Shown here: piece by piece, positions 59,597 to 64,000 of the stretch
How positions within the stretch are numbered: position 1 is the first letter of the stretch
Layout of the letters: each line of letters opens with the position of its first letter
Origin: a virus
Reading direction: 5' to 3' (one strand)
Length of the DNA stretch: 64,000 bases
IMG/VR virus record: IMGVR_UViG_3300030098_006570
Coordinates: 64,001-128,000 of that record
Position numbers and translations under genes: made by a program
The notes under the pieces: generated by a model
The model's database searches: none
What the model was told of the DNA's origin: nothing
Seen by the model: the letters and a program-made list of their open reading frames with translations, nothing else

Positions 59597-60328
59597 TTAA
59601 TAGTCATCGTCCTCACCGTAATCTGGCGGGAAGATGGAGGAATCAATGATTTTGAAGTTACCTTCACTATCATGTCCAATGTTACCGCTGCCAATCTCAT
59701 ATTTATCGATATTAAACTCGTGCATGGCTTTGCTTAACTCTTGATACGCAGGGCCAGCTACACGGGACAGTAGGACTCCGAGTTCTTGAGCAATCTCGGC
59801 ACTTTTAGACTCGTCATCAGCCGCATCTTTGGTCCGATCATACCGGAAGGATCCCAGAATTGTCTTCAAGATATGAAAAGGGTCGGCAGGATTGATATCT
59901 GCCTCACGACGCCATTGCAATATGGCTTCTTTCTCTGCGGGGAAAGACTTATCAAGAACTTTTTCCAAATCATCCATGCGATCAATTGGCGTAGCTTTGT
60001 CCACTACAACCCACGAGAAGTCATCAGCATGGGCGTACGCACGGGGGAATATAAGAGGATAGCGCTTGGCAGTGTTGAAATCGTCTTCATTCATCTGCAT
60101 CTTATAATCATCGGGCTCGTGAATCATTTTGATAACGTGCTCGGGATCACTAACGGGCTGATACACTGCGCGAAAGGATCCGGCGCCAAGTTTCTTAAAG
60201 CGATCAGATTCTAGGATGGCATGGATCTCATCAAAGTCGTCGGTGGCTTGGATTTCTTTTAGCCAAGGGAAATATTGTGTCTCATTCTCGGTAAGATACT
60301 TCCGCCAGTTTTCAAGTAGGAGTTTCAT
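59597..60328 (-). CDS. Protein-kinase-like fold protein with shared leader
   Basis: LGAGSFRAVY, VIKM, EIGSGNIG, KIIDS. Confidence 0.7.
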   Translation of the reverse strand: MKLLLENWRKYLTENETQYFPWLKEIQATDDFDEIHAILESDRFKKLGAGSFRAVYQPVSDPEHVIKMIHEPDDYKMQMNEDDFNTAKRYPLIFPRAYAHADDFSWVVVDKATPIDRMDDLEKVLDKSFPAEKEAILQWRREADINPADPFHILKTILGSFRYDRTKDAADDESKSAEIAQELGVLLSRVAGPAYQELSKAMHEFNIDKYEIGSGNIGHDSEGNFKIIDSSIFPPDYGEDDDY

Positions 60329-60609
60329 TCTTCGTCCAATTCGGGATGATACCCCAAATACACGCGCCCGATGTCGTCCCCCACCTTTTTACCATCAGCT
60401 TTCAGTTCAGCCGGAACAGCCTTATCCGGTGTCCCATACCAGTAATAAACATCATAGCCGCCGTCCTCCCTCCATTTTACTACAAGTCCACGTTCGTGCT
60501 CTGCAGTGTCCGCTTTCAAGATTATTTCTTTATTTTGTGGAAGTACGAGGTCTGGCTCCCCACCCTCTTCTTTTAGTAACTTCCGCCAGTTTTCAAGGAT
60601 TAGTTTCAT
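60325..60609 (-). CDS. Hypothetical protein with shared leader
   Basis: Likely start MKLILENWRKLLKEE. Confidence 0.7.
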   Translation of the reverse strand: MKLILENWRKLLKEEGGEPDLVLPQNKEIILKADTAEHERGLVVKWREDGGYDVYYWYGTPDKAVPAELKADGKKVGDDIGRVYLGYHPELDEE

Positions 60610-60610
60610 T

Positions 60611-61852
60611 TTACCACTTCTTGCAGGACCAGTAACGCGCTTTTGTCTTTGGACCAGGGTTGTCACAGTTGTGACGAGCACGGAAAGACTTGCGCGCCTT
60701 GGGGTTGCTCTTACGAATTTTCATATTCGGATCACCAAAGTTAACCTTCTTTACATTTCCAGTTTTCGGATCCTTGACATAAACTTTAAATTTTTTGACA
60801 TCTCCACGGGTGGGTTTATTGAGGGTAACCTTACGCCCGCGATACTCAGCCTCGTAAACAAGATCAGGACAACCACAGGCCGCAGTATCAAGCTGTTCTA
60901 TTAAACATGCAACGCACACGGGAGTGCCGTCGTCTAGGTAAGCCTCAGTCAGATGGGGAAATACATCCCGCTCCAAAAGCGCCCGATTAACTTCTTCAGC
61001 AATCAAACCGTATAGCTCATCACTTCTCATGGTAATTCCCTCTTTCTTGGTTTTCTTAGCTTTCTTGCCCCAAGATTTACCTTTACCTCGCTCTTTACAT
61101 GCGCCCGGGGTTGGACGACATGCCGGGTACTTCTTGCGCTTTTCACCAGAACCTCGGCCGCATGACTTGTAGCCGCCTTTACCGTCTGGGGCATTGCAGT
61201 CAACCCAACCTTTCTTAGAACCCTTCGCGCCCTTACGACCAAACCAATCTCGAAGTGATGACTCTTTGCTGGACTCAGTTCCAGCTTTCTTCTTTTTCTC
61301 GTCAAGGGTTTTTTTGACATCGATCTCTTCGCCATCTTGGAGAATATAATCTCCGTCTTCATGGAGTCCAACGTCGCTCATACCTTTGATAGCATCTTTG
61401 ATTTCTTTTTCTGATGCTTTGGTGTGGTCCTTGAGCGCTTTCATACCTGCAGCGCCACCTTCCTCGATCAATGCTTTGCGAATTTTTGACTCTAGGTTTT
61501 CTTCGCCCTCAAAAAGCTCAATTTGTTCGTTTTTCTTACTCTTATTGCCCCAATTCTTTGCACCTACCTTGCGGCATTTTACAAGGGCCCCTGAGGCATA
61601 CGCTGACGGCCAGACTTTATAACGAGAGCGCACTTTATGATAACAAGCGTCTCTTTTAGCCTTCTTCTTTTTCTTCTTCTTTTTCTTCTTCTCATCAAGG
61701 GCATCTTCTTCGATAACTTCTTCTTCGAGAGGCACACAGTTGGGAACCATCTTGTCGCCCTTCTTTTTCATTCCCACTTTTTTGTAGCCATCCCAACACG
61801 GATCAGCTGCCTCTTCAAGATAGGAATTCCAGTTTTCAAATAAGAGTTTCAT
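60611..61852 (-). CDS. Multi-module basic Cys/Trp-containing protein with shared leader
   Basis: Likely start MKLLFENWNSYLEE. Modules CWDGY..VPNCV, DACYHKV..PSAYASG, LRDWF..GWVDC..YPACRP, AEYRGRKV..ARYWSC. Confidence 0.75.
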   Translation of the reverse strand: MKLLFENWNSYLEEAADPCWDGYKKVGMKKKGDKMVPNCVPLEEEVIEEDALDEKKKKKKKKKKAKRDACYHKVRSRYKVWPSAYASGALVKCRKVGAKNWGNKSKKNEQIELFEGEENLESKIRKALIEEGGAAGMKALKDHTKASEKEIKDAIKGMSDVGLHEDGDYILQDGEEIDVKKTLDEKKKKAGTESSKESSLRDWFGRKGAKGSKKGWVDCNAPDGKGGYKSCGRGSGEKRKKYPACRPTPGACKERGKGKSWGKKAKKTKKEGITMRSDELYGLIAEEVNRALLERDVFPHLTEAYLDDGTPVCVACLIEQLDTAACGCPDLVYEAEYRGRKVTLNKPTRGDVKKFKVYVKDPKTGNVKKVNFGDPNMKIRKSNPKARKSFRARHNCDNPGPKTKARYWSCKKW

Positions 61853-61853
61853 T

Positions 61854-62138
61854 CTATTCTTTACCCTTTCCTTGCATCCTAAGTAGTCGATCTTCGGCAT
61901 ATTTTGCCCTCATATCGCCCAAACCACGGTCAATTTTTTCAAGTGCTTGGACTAACATCTTTTCCTGATTGGCTAGTTTGGACACGATCATTTCCTGGTG
62001 ATATTGGCGCGCTTCCTTGGCGGCCGCCTCCTCTTCTTTTTTATCCTTACGTTGCTGCCAGTTCATGAATAACAAAGAAGCAGTCCACAATCCTAGGACG
62101 CCATATTGAGCTAAGCCTTTTATTATTTCGAGTTCCAC
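61854..62138 (-). CDS. BhlA/UviB-like holin candidate
   Basis: Single N-terminal TM (AQYGVLGLWTASLLF) followed by a charged coiled coil. Confidence 0.45.
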   Translation of the reverse strand: MELEIIKGLAQYGVLGLWTASLLFMNWQQRKDKKEEEAAAKEARQYHQEMIVSKLANQEKMLVQALEKIDRGLGDMRAKYAEDRLLRMQGKGKE

Positions 62139-62154
62139 TCAGTAAATAGTGATA

Positions 62155-62811
62155 TTATAGCGTCAACAACCACTCAATTGAATAGTTCACCTCTTCTGCA
62201 CTATATCCCCGATCAATATCTCGTAAAATCATGTTACCGTCAATGTAATAAAACGTTGGCCAGCCAGACAGTGCCCAAGTCCCCCCAGCGCTTTCGAGCA
62301 TCGCTCTGCTACCCCCGATTACAAGAGAGCTAGTATTGCCGTATTCTTGCGCCCAGGCTTGGACATCTTTAGCGGTGGGCACATTGCCTTCGGCTGTTTC
62401 AATCAGAACAGTGATATAAAGAAGCCCTGTGTCGCTATATTGATCTTGTACCTCTTGGGCGTGTTGCGCTGCTAGTCGACAGGGACCGCACCACCCGGCT
62501 GAGAAATCCAGTACGATTGGGCGCCCAAAGAGGGCGTATAGACTAAAGGCATCGCCCTTGTGGTCGACGGCCGTAATATTACAAGGGTGTTCTCCCTCTA
62601 CGCACGCGCACGATTTCCAATCAATGGGACTGGTGGGAAGCATATCCCACGGATCCGTTTCGTGAAAATTCTCCAAAGCAACAAAGTCTAGTGTTTCCTG
62701 GTGATCTTCCGGGCCCAAGTCTCTTGGAATCCTATCAAACTCCTCCTTTCCCGAAGGGGGCGTACACGCGAATAAAGACGCGCATAATACTAACAAAACC
62801 GTACGTAACAT
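62155..62811 (-). CDS. Thioredoxin-like (TlpA/redoxin) lipoprotein
   Basis: LFAC lipobox; LDFSAGWCGPC; WPT. Confidence 0.85.
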   Translation of the reverse strand: MLRTVLLVLCASLFACTPPSGKEEFDRIPRDLGPEDHQETLDFVALENFHETDPWDMLPTSPIDWKSCACVEGEHPCNITAVDHKGDAFSLYALFGRPIVLDFSAGWCGPCRLAAQHAQEVQDQYSDTGLLYITVLIETAEGNVPTAKDVQAWAQEYGNTSSLVIGGSRAMLESAGGTWALSGWPTFYYIDGNMILRDIDRGYSAEEVNYSIEWLLTL

Positions 62812-62833
62812 AGCGACATACCTCCTATTGTAA

Positions 62834-63151
62834 CTAGAGGAGATGCTTTTTGTTCGGTATGTTTTTATATTTATCCGCGTCGGGGTGAGGGTCGATGGAA
62901 TAATCTATGGGGGGAGAAATTACAGCTAATCTTTCATTTATTTCTATAAACTCCTCTTGGTCCGCGGGGACTTCAAAATCCCCATATATTGCATCCACAG
63001 GACAAAGAGGCGTACATGCGTCGCAGTTTATACACACTTCCGGGTCGATAACGAGCATATCCGGAGCTTCCCGAAAAGCATAGACAGGGCACGCGTCGAC
63101 GCAATCAGTATACTTACATTTAATACAAGCCTCAGTTACCACATATGTCAT
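62834..63151 (-). CDS. fdxA: 7Fe-type ferredoxin (FdxA family)
   Basis: MTYVVTEACIKCKYTDCVDACPV...CINCDACTPLCPVDAI. Confidence 0.9.
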   Translation of the reverse strand: MTYVVTEACIKCKYTDCVDACPVYAFREAPDMLVIDPEVCINCDACTPLCPVDAIYGDFEVPADQEEFIEINERLAVISPPIDYSIDPHPDADKYKNIPNKKHLL

Positions 63152-63553
63152 TTAGGTAAAGTCCTTAGGATCCCTATATTTTTGTCTTACCTTTTCAGAT
63201 ATCGGGATCGCTTCTCCATCACCGTCGATACGCACGAAGGTCATGGTGGTGCTCGCGACAGCTCGCTGGGTGCCGTTGTACACAGAGTGCCTTCTCGCCT
63301 CCATAGCCAGCGTTAGAGACGTTTTACCGACCTTGGCCACCTCTCCATATATCTTGATGATCTGACCGGGTCTGCAGGGCTTCTCGAAGGTCAATCCAGA
63401 AATATGTTTAGTGACCATTCGCGGAGTATCAGCAACCTGAGCAGCGTATGCAGCTGCGGCTTCGTCTAACCATGCGAGCATGACACCGCCGAAGAGGTTT
63501 CCGTGATATCCCACATCTTGTGTTTTCACAAAGTGGGTAGATATTAATTCCAT
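63152..63553 (-). CDS. Hotdog-fold acyl-CoA thioesterase
   Basis: HGNLFGGVMLAWLDEAA, VGKTSL, MTFVRID. Confidence 0.88.
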   Translation of the reverse strand: MELISTHFVKTQDVGYHGNLFGGVMLAWLDEAAAAYAAQVADTPRMVTKHISGLTFEKPCRPGQIIKIYGEVAKVGKTSLTLAMEARRHSVYNGTQRAVASTTMTFVRIDGDGEAIPISEKVRQKYRDPKDFT

Positions 63554-63730
63554 TTATTTAGCTTTTTCGGGGGTAGACGATGCGCTCAAATCTTTGTTCA
63601 CCTTTTTTACTTGCGCGCATTGGGTATTTTGACATAACTCGTTAACTTTAGCCTGTAGTTTTTCAATTTTTAAGCTCAAACTTTCCACCACAGTGGAAAT
63701 TTCCAGTATAATTTTTTCTCTAGAGTCCAT
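63554..63730 (-). CDS. Hypothetical protein (58 aa)
   Basis: Below the track cutoff. MDSREKIILE... fills the gap exactly between the amidase and thioesterase genes. Confidence 0.55.
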   Translation of the reverse strand: MDSREKIILEISTVVESLSLKIEKLQAKVNELCQNTQCAQVKKVNKDLSASSTPEKAK

Positions 63731-64000
63731 CTGCTTCGATCTCCTGTATCATCGCGAAGTGAGCATCAGCCACTGCCTGCCTCGTGAGGGGATCCAGTAA
63801 CGCTGTGGCATCATCAAAATTAGTCATAAACCCATTCTCAGATAAGACTGCCGGCATATGAGTTTTTCGAAGAACGTAAAAGTTGGCCCATGTATCGTTA
63901 CTCCGAATTCCTCGGTCGTAAAACACAGTAAGGTCGGCGAGCCAGCGTTGAAGACTTGTGGCTAATCGCTTGCCGGATCGACTCTTATAATGATAGAATG
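63720..64000 (-). CDS. N-acetylmuramoyl-L-alanine amidase (Amidase_3), 5'-truncated
   Basis: Frame open to the window edge; NFYVLRKTHMPAVLSENGFMTN. Confidence 0.88.
   Translation of the reverse strand, partial: FYHYKSRSGKRLATSLQRWLADLTVFYDRGIRSNDTWANFYVLRKTHMPAVLSENGFMTNFDDATALLDPLTRQAVADAHFAMIQEIEADGL

Noticed and set aside
58-63316. Numerous other short plus-strand and alternate-frame ORFs in the track
   Set aside because: They are nested in or antisense to well-supported, tightly packed minus-strand genes.
1-64000. Stop-codon reassignment
   Set aside because: Genes are full-length and tightly packed in the standard code; TAA, TAG and TGA all terminate genes.

Overview
This window reads as part of a large (jumbo-type) myophage genome, with essentially every real gene on the minus strand. 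It has five blocks. (1) 1-29.5 kb: a virion/baseplate module (very large structural proteins, gp6/J-like wedge, gp25-like, spike-like protein, GH24 tail lysozyme) headed by a T4 gp55-like late sigma factor. (2) 30.5-43.7 kb: a nonulosonic-acid (pseudaminic/legionaminic-type) sugar synthesis, activation, tailoring and transfer cluster. (3) 43.7-52 kb: a Cas4-like nuclease, PIN-PhoH, a Cys-less QueF homolog, tRNA-Asn and tRNA-Thr, an aldolase, and an 83-nt tmRNA-like RNA with the tRNA-like domain but no mRNA-like domain. (4) 52-62 kb: unrelated small proteins that share N-terminal leaders (MKxxxExWRKYxxE / LxxIIxEE) and L-x-E spacers, resembling capsid-targeting, protease-cleaved internal head proteins. 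(5) 62-64 kb: holin-like protein, redoxin, ferredoxin, thioesterase and amidase. The main leads are the mini-tmRNA, the shared-leader cargo set, the nonulosonate glycosylation system with a degenerate second NeuB, and the QueF lacking its catalytic Cys. All calls come from motif recognition by eye; no database searches were run.
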